A stretch of 64,000 nt of DNA from NCBI GenBank assembly GCA_965214935.1, contig CBDCCS010000003.1:96001-160000 (forward strand), read 5' to 3'. The stretch's first letter is position 1. Every line of letters begins with the position of its first letter. Under the pieces are notes generated by a model. The model worked only from the letters and a program-made list of their open reading frames with translations. It had not been told where the DNA came from and ran no database searches. Origin of the DNA: Candidatus Velthaea sp. GTDB lineage: Bacteria > Vulcanimicrobiota > Vulcanimicrobiia > Vulcanimicrobiales > Vulcanimicrobiaceae. Positions 19,653 through 27,911 of this stretch are shown here, in pieces. The translations under genes and the position numbers were made by a program.

Positions 19653-20264
19653 ATGGACGCAGTGGTTCGACGCTGGCTCTTTCCCGTCTGGTGTCTCGGC
19701 TGCGCGCGAATTGATATTGCCCTGTGCACCGACTGCGCGCCGTCGCCGGCGGATCGCCGCATTGACGTCGTGGCCCAAACCGCCGTCACGGCAGCCGGCT
19801 CGTACACGGGTGTGTTGCGTCGGGCGATTATCGCCATGAAGCATGGCGAGCGCGCGTACCTCGATCCGCTGGCCGGCGTGCTGGCGGCCAACGTGCCGTC
19901 GGGCCGCGACATTGCACTCATTCCGTTGCCGACAAGCCGTCGCCGCCGAGCAGCCCGCGGCTTCGACCAAGCGATCGAGCTTGCGCGTCGCGTTGCCGCT
20001 CGAACCGGCGTCCTATGCGCGGACGTGCTCGAAAAACGCGGCGCGGCACAACGCGGTCTCAATCGCTTCGCGCGGCTGCAAGCCGAAGGCCGGTTTCGCA
20101 TCAAAGCGGGCGCTTTGCCGGCGCGTGCCGTTTTGATCGACGACGTTTGCACGACGGGTGCGACGCTCAGCGACGCGATTCGCACCTTGCGCGCCGCCGG
20201 CGTCGCCATAAGCGGCGCGGTCGTGCTCGCGCGTGCCGGTAATCCCGGAACCCTTCGGCCATAG
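19653..20264 (+). CDS. comF: ComF family (phosphoribosyltransferase-like) protein
   Basis: N-terminal CLGC...LCTDC, RGFDQA, LIDDVCTTGATL. Confidence 0.85.
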   Translation: MDAVVRRWLFPVWCLGCARIDIALCTDCAPSPADRRIDVVAQTAVTAAGSYTGVLRRAIIAMKHGERAYLDPLAGVLAANVPSGRDIALIPLPTSRRRRAARGFDQAIELARRVAARTGVLCADVLEKRGAAQRGLNRFARLQAEGRFRIKAGALPARAVLIDDVCTTGATLSDAIRTLRAAGVAISGAVVLARAGNPGTLRP

Positions 20265-20329
20265 CGGTGGTTCTCGAAGGCGGACCGCCGGATGCCTTCG
20301 GCAACGCCGCCGGTCGAAAAGGAGACACG

Positions 20330-20611
20330 ATGAAAGCAATGTGGAACGGCGCCGTTATCGCCGAGAGCAGCACGACTGAAGTGGTCGAGGGAAATCACTA
20401 TTTTCCGGCTGCCGCGATCAACCGCGAGTATTTTACGCCGAGCTCGACGCACAGCACGTGCCCGTGGAAAGGCGAAGCGAGTTATTACACCTTACAAGTC
20501 GACGGCAAGACGAATGCCGATGCCGCGTGGTACTATCCGGCGCCCAAAAGCGCCGCAAAGAATATTGCCGATCACGTTGCTTTTTGGAAGGGCGTCGAGG
20601 TCACGCAATAA
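20330..20611 (+). CDS. DUF427 family protein
   Basis: AAGGAG ribosome-binding site; MKAMWNGAVIAES, VEGNHYFP, CPWKGEASYY, AAWYYP, VAFW. Confidence 0.9.
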   Translation: MKAMWNGAVIAESSTTEVVEGNHYFPAAAINREYFTPSSTHSTCPWKGEASYYTLQVDGKTNADAAWYYPAPKSAAKNIADHVAFWKGVEVTQ

Positions 20612-21726
20612 CCGGCGAACGCACGTATATCGCACGAGCGTGTGAGCTTGCGACACGTGCGGTCGCCGATGCCGCGCCCAACCCGCCCGTCGGCGCGGTG
20701 CTCGTCGGCGGGGACGCGACGTTAGGTGAAGGCTACCATCACCGGCGCGGCGAGGCACATGCCGAAGTCGAAGCGCTGCGTGCTGCTGCTGCGGCCGGTG
20801 CCGATGTACGGGGCGCGACGGCCTACGTTTCGCTCGAACCGTGCAATCATCATGGCCGCACCGGTCCGTGTACCGAAGCGCTTATCGCTGCGGGGATCGC
20901 GCGAGTCGTGATCGGGGCGCTCGACCCCAACCCGCGGACCGCCGGTAGCGGCGTTGCGCGCTTGATCGAAGCGGGTCTGGCAGTCGAAGTGATCGGCGAT
21001 GCTGCGTCAATTGCGCTCGTCGAACGCTTTGCCTTCACCATCGAAGCGCCGTTGCCGTTCGTAACGCTGAAGATGGCAATGTCACTCGATGGGCGCATCG
21101 CGCCGCGCAGCGGCGTAAGTTTCGCCGTAACGGGCAGCGCTGCGCACGAGCGCGTCCGCGATCTACGGTATGACTACGATGCCGTGATGGTCGGCGCGGG
21201 TACGATACGCGTCGACGACGCGCAACTGACGGTACGCCCGCATCGGACGCGACGCAAAGCGTACGTTCGCGTCGTTGTCTGCGAAACGGATCCCGTAGCG
21301 GACACGAGCCGAATTTTTGTCGCGCCGCCGGACGCACCGCCCGGTGCGTATGCGCCGACGGTCGTACTCGCCCCGGGCGCCGCGCGCGCGCGTTTCGCGC
21401 GGCTCGAACGCATTGCCGACGTCGTGTACGTCGGCGACGATCATGCTAGCACGCTCGATTTGCGCGCTGCGCTGCATGCGTTGCGCGAACACGGCATTAC
21501 GACCGTTTTATGCGAAGGCGGGCCGACGTTAGCAGGCCGGCTGCTCGAAGGGCGTTTGGTGCAGCGTGCAACTTGGTTTATCGCGCCGCGCTTTCTGCAA
21601 GCTGCCGATTCCGTCGGCGTGCTGGCCGGCGCGGATGTAAGCCGCGCTACAAGCGGATGGAGATTCGACCAAGTCGAACGCGTTGGAGAAGATATCATGC
21701 TCAGTGCTCGAGTCGATCGTGTTTAG
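20608..21726 (+). CDS. ribD: Riboflavin biosynthesis deaminase/reductase RibD (probable ATA start)
   Basis: PNPPVGAV, HAE, SLEPCNHHGRTGPC, KMAMSLDG, EGG. The in-frame ATA at 20608 follows GAGGT and overlaps the DUF427 TAA. Confidence 0.9.
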   Translation: MTGERTYIARACELATRAVADAAPNPPVGAVLVGGDATLGEGYHHRRGEAHAEVEALRAAAAAGADVRGATAYVSLEPCNHHGRTGPCTEALIAAGIARVVIGALDPNPRTAGSGVARLIEAGLAVEVIGDAASIALVERFAFTIEAPLPFVTLKMAMSLDGRIAPRSGVSFAVTGSAAHERVRDLRYDYDAVMVGAGTIRVDDAQLTVRPHRTRRKAYVRVVVCETDPVADTSRIFVAPPDAPPGAYAPTVVLAPGAARARFARLERIADVVYVGDDHASTLDLRAALHALREHGITTVLCEGGPTLAGRLLEGRLVQRATWFIAPRFLQAADSVGVLAGADVSRATSGWRFDQVERVGEDIMLSARVDRV

Positions 21727-22363
21727 CGGCCTCATTGCGTATCTCGGACGGATCGAGCGAATTGAAGGCGATGCACACAGCGGCCTGCGCTTGAGCGTTC
21801 ATGCGCCCGACGCAATTGCTGAAGGCGTCGCCGTCAAGGATTCGGTCGCCGTCAACGGTGTGTGTCTTACCGCGGCGGCGGTGACCGCAACGACGATCGA
21901 GTTCGATGTGGTTCCGGAGACCGTCAAACGCTCGACGTTCGGCGCGCTGCGTGCGACCGCGCCGGTCAATTTGGAATTATCCCTCCGGCTCGGCGACCGG
22001 CTTGGCGGACATCTCGTTTACGGTCATGTCGACGCGACGGCGCCCTTGCTCGACAAACAAGTCGAAGGTCAAGGTCACCGTTTAACAATCGCCACTCCGC
22101 CGGCAATTGCACCGTTCATCGTTGAAAAAGGCTACGTAACGCTCGACGGCGTGAGTCTGACGGTGGCATCGGTGGCCCCGGGCCGGTTTACGATCGCGCT
22201 GATTCCGGAAACGTCGAAGCGCACGACGCTCGGCGAAAAGACACGTGCGGATCGGGTCAATGTCGAAGTCGATCCGATCGCGCGTTACGCTCAAGCCGCG
22301 CTCGGCGCCTACAACCAAAACGGTGCCTCAACGGACGAACTTGCATGGGCGTATGAAATCTAA
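21719..22363 (+). CDS. ribE: Riboflavin synthase (alpha chain)
   Basis: GTG start giving MFSGLI; SVAVNGVCLT, VNLE, LGGHLVYGHVD, KGYVTLDGVSLTV, VNVEVD. Confidence 0.93.
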   Translation: MFSGLIAYLGRIERIEGDAHSGLRLSVHAPDAIAEGVAVKDSVAVNGVCLTAAAVTATTIEFDVVPETVKRSTFGALRATAPVNLELSLRLGDRLGGHLVYGHVDATAPLLDKQVEGQGHRLTIATPPAIAPFIVEKGYVTLDGVSLTVASVAPGRFTIALIPETSKRTTLGEKTRADRVNVEVDPIARYAQAALGAYNQNGASTDELAWAYEI

Positions 22364-22389
22364 GCCGGCCGGCGCGAGCGCAACCTAGC

Positions 22390-22573
22390 ATGTCCGATAA
22401 TACTTATCGTGGCACGCAGTCTTCGGTTAAACGCGATCGCGTTTATTGGAGCGATGTCGACAAGATGGGCATCATGTATTTCGCCTGCTACATTCGTTTC
22501 GCTCCAGATCGCCGAGACTGAATTCTTTCGTTCACTCGGCTATTCGTACGACGAACTGCATCGCGGATTCGGA
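22390..22573 (+). pseudogene. Frameshifted, truncated acyl-CoA thioesterase (4HBT/YbgC hot-dog family)
   Basis: MSDNTYRGTQSSVKRDRVYWSDVDKMGIMYFACYIRFA continues in the +1 frame as QIAETEFFRSLGYSYDELHRGFG and then runs into a repeat tract. Confidence 0.75.
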
Positions 22574-22600
22574 AGCCGCAAGCTGGAACGACGCGCAGCC

Positions 22601-22740
22601 GCAAGCCGCAAGCCGCAAGCCCGCAAGCCCGCAAGCCTCTAGCCGCTTAACCTCGAGCCATAAAGATTGCAAGCCGTAGAAACCGGCAAGCCGCAAACCG
22701 TATTGCCAACGGCCGCGAACCCTGCAAGCGTCAAGCCGCT
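22601..22740. repeat. Tandem GCAAGCC heptamer repeat with a degenerate tail
   Basis: Five GCAAGCC copies at 22601-22637, two of them preceded by an extra C, plus scattered CAAGCC/GCAAG variants to about 22740. Confidence 0.85.
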
Positions 22741-22813
22741 GAGATGAGAAGCTGAACACGAAAGACGCGATTCATGCCGGTGCTTGTAACCGCTGCGTGA
22801 ATTCAAAATTTTA

Positions 22814-22827
22814 GGTAATGCATTACC
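22814..22827. promoter_or_regulatory. Perfect palindromic operator GGTAATGCATTACC (distal)
   Basis: 14-bp perfect inverted repeat; a near-identical copy lies at 23047. Confidence 0.6.
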
Positions 22828-23032
22828 GTAAAGGCTTCAGGCAGACGCTTTAGACTCGCGAATTATAAACGTTCGGTATCGCTGCATCAATGGTTCGATC
22901 GTCGATGGCGGTTGGACCAAAACGCCAAGTTTAAGCGCTTGTTGCGACGGTTCGAGCGTTTTATCGAAGCCGGCGACGCCTAGAATCGGAGTCGCAGCTT
23001 CCCTCAGCACGTTCCGAAGCTATCACAGCCTG

Positions 23033-23062
23033 TTGACATTTAGAACGGTAAAGCATTACCAT
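23033..23062 (+). promoter_or_regulatory. Sigma70-type promoter overlapped by operator GGTAAAGCATTACC
   Basis: TTGACA (23033-23038), an 18-nt spacer and TACCAT (23057-23062). The operator at 23047-23060 covers the spacer and -10 box. Confidence 0.65.
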
Positions 23063-23214
23063 CGCCCCTACGCGCGAGCAATCTTCTACCGGGCGCCGGC
23101 ATTTATGAAGCCGCGAGTCAGAGGCATGCGCCCGCCGACCAAGCGAATCCCAAAACACTGACGAGTTCAACGAACCGCTGTCGTCATCGACGACAGTTTA
23201 AGAATGGAGACCTT

Positions 23215-24312
23215 ATGACCTCAGCAGCCAGGCGGAAAGCGATCGGCGCAGCAGCGCTTATGGTGGGCGTCCTCGGTGGAACGGCGGCTTTCGCCGCCGA
23301 CGCGATGGGCGGCAGCATGTCGACGGCAAAAATCGCGTTTCTCATGCCTGACGAAGGTTCGACACGCTATGAAGAGCACGATCGCCCCGGCTTCGTCGCC
23401 GAGATGAAGAAAATGTGCGCAGGCTGTACCGTGCTCTATCAAAACGCCGACGCCGACGCCTCCAAACAACAGCAGCAATTTAACTCGGTCATTTCGCAAG
23501 GCGCAAAAGCGATCGTTATCGACCCTGTCGACTCGACCGCCGCGGCTTCACTCGTCAAGCAAGCCCAAAGTCAAGGCGTAAAGGTCATCGCTTACGACCG
23601 GCCGATCCCGTCGACCAAAGTCGATTACTACGTATCGTTCAACAACGAAGAGATTGGTAAAACGATCGCGCAATCGTTGGTTCAAGATCTTAAAGCGAAG
23701 GGCGTTTCGCCGAGCTCCGGCGGGCTTCTCGAAGTCAACGGCTCGCCGACCGACGCGGCAGCCGGTCTGATCAAAAAGGGCATCCACGAAGGTTTAGCCG
23801 GCAGCGGGTTTACGACGCTCGCCGAGTACGACACCCCGAATTGGGATCCGTCCAAAGCTCAGCAGTGGGTGAGCGGTCAAGTATCGCGATTCCCCAAGAA
23901 GATCGTCGGCGTCGTTGCAGCTAACGACGGCACGGGCGGCGCGGCAATCGCCGCGTTCAAAGCAGCCGGCGTGGATCCGGTTCCGCCGGTTACCGGCAAC
24001 GATGCGACCATCGCCGGTCTTCAGCTGATCATTGCGGGCGATCAATACAACACGATCTCGAAGCCCAGCGAAATCGTTGCCGCTGCGGCAGCCGACGTTG
24101 CCGTCGGGTTGTTGTCGGGCAAACAGCCTAAAGCCGACACGACGCTGTTCGGTACGCCGACGAAATTGTATACGCCGGCAATCGTTACGGCGAGCAATCT
24201 CAAAGCGCTCATCATCGACAAGATGGTTAACGGCGCACCGATCCAGACGCCGGCGCAACTGTGCACGGGACGTTACTCGGCCGGCTGCTCCAAGCTCGGC
24301 ATTTCTTCGTAA
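23215..24312 (+). CDS. Sugar ABC transporter substrate-binding protein (XylF/ChvE-like)
   Basis: Signal peptide, RYEEHDRP, IAYDRPI, YVSFNN, AANDGTGG, VTGNDA. Confidence 0.9.
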   Translation: MTSAARRKAIGAAALMVGVLGGTAAFAADAMGGSMSTAKIAFLMPDEGSTRYEEHDRPGFVAEMKKMCAGCTVLYQNADADASKQQQQFNSVISQGAKAIVIDPVDSTAAASLVKQAQSQGVKVIAYDRPIPSTKVDYYVSFNNEEIGKTIAQSLVQDLKAKGVSPSSGGLLEVNGSPTDAAAGLIKKGIHEGLAGSGFTTLAEYDTPNWDPSKAQQWVSGQVSRFPKKIVGVVAANDGTGGAAIAAFKAAGVDPVPPVTGNDATIAGLQLIIAGDQYNTISKPSEIVAAAAADVAVGLLSGKQPKADTTLFGTPTKLYTPAIVTASNLKALIIDKMVNGAPIQTPAQLCTGRYSAGCSKLGISS

Positions 24313-24325
24313 CTCGGCCCTTCGG

Positions 24326-24355
24326 CATGCGGGTTTGCACGAGCAAACCCGCATG
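24326..24355 (+). other. Perfect 13-bp intergenic hairpin (mRNA stabiliser or partial terminator)
   Basis: CATGCGGGTTTGC-ACGA-GCAAACCCGCATG, between the binding-protein and ATPase genes. Confidence 0.6.
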
Positions 24356-24404
24356 TGCTTTGGCTAAGAAGTGCTGCAGATTCGTTAAAAGAAAGCGCTT
24401 ACGT

Positions 24405-25223
24405 ATGACTGAGACGTTGCATCGGCCGGCGCCCGCAGGCGAAGTCGTTCTTAGCCTGAGCGGCATCTCCAAACATTTTGGTGCGGTTTCAGCGCTGACC
24501 GATATCGATCTTGAAGTGCGGGCCGGCGAAGTGGTCGCACTCGTCGGCGATAACGGCGCCGGGAAGTCGACGCTCGTCAAAGTCCTCGCCGGCGTACATC
24601 AACCTAGCGCCGGAACAATGATGTTCGCCGGCAAACCGGTGACGGCCGCCGATCCAAGCGCGTCGTTAGCGCTCGGCATCGCAACGGTGTTTCAAGATCT
24701 TGCGCTGTGCGAAAATCTCGACGTGGTCGCGAATATCTTTCTCGGCCAAGAAATTAGTCCGATGCGCATGGACGAAGTTGCGATGGAAAACCGCGCGTGG
24801 ACGCTTTTACGTGAACTGTCTGCACGTATCCCCAGCGTTCGCATCCCGGTAGCTTCGCTGTCGGGCGGTCAGCGTCAAACAGTCGCAATCGCGCGTTCGC
24901 TGCTGCTCGATCCGAAGATCATCATCCTCGACGAGCCGACGGCGGCGCTCGGCGTCGCTCAGACAGCCGAGGTCCTCAATCTCATCGAGCGTGTACGCGA
25001 CCGCGGGCTAGGCGTCGTGATGATCAGCCATAATATGGAGGACGTCCGCGCCGTTGCCGATCGGATCGTCGTGCTGCGACTCGGTCGAAATAACGGCGTA
25101 TTCTTTCCCGATACATCGAACGCCGAACTGGTCGGCGCCATAACCGGCGCAACGGACAATTCGGTATCGCGCCGGTCGAATCGGCGCCAAGCGCAGGCCG
25201 CTGAGCCGGCAGGAGAACTCTAG
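24405..25223 (+). CDS. Sugar ABC transporter ATP-binding protein
   Basis: GDNGAGKST, LSGGQRQ, ILDEPTAALG, ISHN. Confidence 0.92.
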   Translation: MTETLHRPAPAGEVVLSLSGISKHFGAVSALTDIDLEVRAGEVVALVGDNGAGKSTLVKVLAGVHQPSAGTMMFAGKPVTAADPSASLALGIATVFQDLALCENLDVVANIFLGQEISPMRMDEVAMENRAWTLLRELSARIPSVRIPVASLSGGQRQTVAIARSLLLDPKIIILDEPTAALGVAQTAEVLNLIERVRDRGLGVVMISHNMEDVRAVADRIVVLRLGRNNGVFFPDTSNAELVGAITGATDNSVSRRSNRRQAQAAEPAGEL

Positions 25224-26494
25224 TGCCTGATGTGATCGAGGGCGACGCGCCCGCTCCAGCCCCCGCCCAACCGCTGCTCGACCGCAGCGACGAGCGCGTC
25301 AAACACGAAGCCGGAATCGGCGGCGCGGCAAAGGCATTTCTCGGCCGCGTCCGCTCGGGCGACCTCGGGCAGTTGCCCGTCGTCGTCGGACTCGTCATCA
25401 TCTGGACGGTCTTTCAAAGTCTGAATTCGGTTTTTCTTTCGAGCAATAATCTCGTTAATTTGCTGTTCGATTGTTCGACGGTCGGCGTGATTGCGCTCGG
25501 CATCGTCTGTGTATTGATGGTCGGCGAAATCGACCTTTCGGTGGGTTCCGTCAGCGGTTTCTCGTCGGCGTTGCTGGGCGTGTTGTGGGTCAACGGCGGT
25601 TGGCCGGTGCCGCTCGCGGTCATCGGTGCGATTGCCGCCGGCGCGATCATCGGCAGCCTCTATGCATTTCTGTTCAACCGTTTCGGGATGCCGAGCTTCG
25701 TTGCGACGCTCGCGGGACTGCTTGCCGTGCTCGGCTTACAGCTTTACGTGCTCGGTCAAGGCGGCTCGATCAATCTGCCCTACGGCTCTTCAATGGTGAA
25801 TTTCGGACAGCAGTATTGCATGCCGCCGGTCGTCGCGTATGTTATCGCGGCACTCGCAGCAGTCGGCTTATTTGCTTCCGGTTACAACACGGCGGCCCGC
25901 CGGAAAAAAGCCGGGTTGTCGTCGCGTTCGTTGACGGACTTACTCGTTCGGTCCGCAGTAATATTCATTGCACTTGAGTTGATCGTCGCGTACCTCAATC
26001 GCGATCGCGGCGTGCCGTGGATGTTTGGTCTGTTCGGCGGCCTGGTCGTCATTATGAATTATGCTCTGACGCGGACGAAATGGGGCCGGTCGCTCACCGC
26101 CGTCGGGGGAAATCGCGAAGCTGCGCGGCGTGCCGGTATCAACGTCGGACGGATTTACACCAGTGCATTCGTTCTGTGCTCGGTATTTGCCGCGATCGGC
26201 GGCGTCTTAGCGGCAACGCGGCTTGCGTCGGCAAGTCAACAAGCCGGCACCGGCGACGTCAATCTCAATGCGATTTCCGCAGCCGTCATCGGCGGCACGA
26301 GTTTGTTCGGCGGACGCGGTAGCGCCTATTCGGCGTTGCTCGGCATCATCGTCATTCAATCGATCGCCAGCGGCCTGACGCTGCTCGATCTGTCGTCATC
26401 GCTGCGTTACATGATCACCGGTGCGGTTTTGGCAATTGCCGTTATCGTCGATTCGCTCGCCCGCCGCTCGCGCGTCTCGCATGGACGCGCGTAG
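25223..26494 (+). CDS. Sugar ABC transporter permease (XylH-like)
   Basis: EIDLSVGS, PSFVATL, AVGGNREAARRAGI, AAVIGGTSLFGGRG; multiple transmembrane helices. Confidence 0.92.
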   Translation: MPDVIEGDAPAPAPAQPLLDRSDERVKHEAGIGGAAKAFLGRVRSGDLGQLPVVVGLVIIWTVFQSLNSVFLSSNNLVNLLFDCSTVGVIALGIVCVLMVGEIDLSVGSVSGFSSALLGVLWVNGGWPVPLAVIGAIAAGAIIGSLYAFLFNRFGMPSFVATLAGLLAVLGLQLYVLGQGGSINLPYGSSMVNFGQQYCMPPVVAYVIAALAAVGLFASGYNTAARRKKAGLSSRSLTDLLVRSAVIFIALELIVAYLNRDRGVPWMFGLFGGLVVIMNYALTRTKWGRSLTAVGGNREAARRAGINVGRIYTSAFVLCSVFAAIGGVLAATRLASASQQAGTGDVNLNAISAAVIGGTSLFGGRGSAYSALLGIIVIQSIASGLTLLDLSSSLRYMITGAVLAIAVIVDSLARRSRVSHGRA

Positions 26495-26929
26495 CGACGT
26501 TACGCGCAATGCTCGATGTCCTGGGTAGCGCTCCCGAGATAACGCCGGTACAATCGCCGTTCGAGGAAACGTACGGTTTGGGGGCGCCCACGACCCGAAA
26601 CGTTGCGTGCAGCGCGACGTGATGTTCGTTAGAACGCGAACAAGCGCTAAAACGCGAACGATCGCGAACGCGAATCCTAGAAATTTGCTGAACGGCGAAC
26701 GACAGCGGCTCAGCGTCCATTCGAGTTCTGTTGTACTGTTTGCAATGGTGCCGACTGAAGAAGCGCGCTTTCTGTTGTGCGAACCGCTTTTGCAATGATG
26801 CCAGCATTCTGCTCGCTACGTTGCGATGTGCGGCGGCGGCCGCAGTCTTGTCGGACCGTATCTTTCGCAGTTTTTATGGCTGGACATCCCGCACGAACTC
26901 GACGCATCGATACTGCAGCGCCGCAGCGC

Positions 26930-27787
26930 CGCAGCACCGCGGCAGCCAACGTCGACTTCGTCACCGACCGCCAAACCTGGCTAGGCGTGCAAAACGGCAT
27001 CGTGCATTTCGCACCGGCGCCGCGTGCGTCCGCGCCGCGCTACCTGCTCGACGGTCGCGATCTCAGCGACTATCTGCAGAAGATCCGCAGCGGCATCGCC
27101 TGGCAGAACGCAGCCGCCATCATCGGCGCAATGGACGCCGCAGCCGCTCCCGAGCTCGACATCGACGACTTTCACTCGCTTTTCGGTCTTGCGCGCAGCA
27201 TTTCCGGATCGGCGATGTTTTATCAGAAGATGCTCGTCCAGCGGCGGGTTCGGCCGGATGCCGTCGGCGGCCTTATCACGTTGCGCGCGATGCGGCGCCG
27301 CTCGACGCATCGCTGTGGTCGTCGACGGCGCTCGAACTCGTACAAGCGCGAAACGGCAACACATTCTTACCGCAAGCGTATCCGTACGGCACTCCGCCGC
27401 ATCCGAGCTATCCGGCCGGACTTGGAAACCTAGCGGGCACGGGCGCAACGATTCTTAAAGCGCTCGTTAACGAGCGGTACACGATTGCGCAACCACAAAT
27501 TCCGACTGCCGACGGCACTCAGCTTGTAGCGTATTCCGGTGCAGCCCTGACAATCGGAGGCGAGCTGGTAAGCTTGCGGCGAATTGCGCGTATCGCCGCG
27601 GGACGTCGGGCGTCCAGTATCGCAGCGATAGTTTGGCCGGTTTGTAGCTCGGCGAAGCCGCTGCGTCTCCGTGCTGCAAGATCGCGCCGCACTCCAAGGG
27701 CCGCATGCGGCGGGGAATGAGTTCACCCGTTTCGACGGCAAAACGATTCACATCAAGCCCGGTTCCGGTGCGATCGCCTTTAGCTGA
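26930..27787 (+). pseudogene. Decayed vanadium-dependent haloperoxidase (C-terminal part)
   Basis: Segments in alternating frames: DFVTDRQTWLGVQNG, PRYLLDGRDL, YQKMLVQRRVRPDAVGG / FLPQAYPYGTPPHPSYPAG..AGTGATILKA..GGEL / KLAAN..SGVQYRSD..L*LGE / VLQD..FTRFDGKTI. At least three frameshifts and one in-frame TAG. Confidence 0.8.
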
Positions 27788-27873
27788 TTCGCTACCAGGC
27801 GAAGCACGTTGTTAACGATTGAGCCGGCTCGAAGCCTTACCGCTCGTTTTAGCCGCAGCCGAAACGCTCAGTT

Positions 27874-27905
27874 TCTTGACAACTGTTAAGAGCCGGACGT
27901 AGTCT
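27874..27905 (+). promoter_or_regulatory. Promoter of HTH-ribBA with a palindrome over the -35 box
   Basis: TTGACA (27876-27881), an 18-nt spacer and TAGTCT (27900-27905), 6 nt before the GTG start. Imperfect palindrome TCTTGACA-AC-TGTTAAGA at 27874-27891. Confidence 0.6.
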
Positions 27906-27911
27906 AAGCGC

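Noticed and set aside
22571..22740. CRISPR array
   Set aside because: The units are 7-8 nt and contiguous, with no unique spacers and no cas genes.
24390..24404. GAAAGCGCTTAC cre/LacI-like site before the ABC ATPase (similar TGTAAACGCTAAC near 52788)
   Set aside because: Imperfect matches with no linked promoter; cannot be distinguished from chance.
26731..27720. The 329-aa and 218-aa ORFs as intact genes
   Set aside because: Each holds only part of the haloperoxidase similarity, with non-homologous flanks; they are fragments of one pseudogene.
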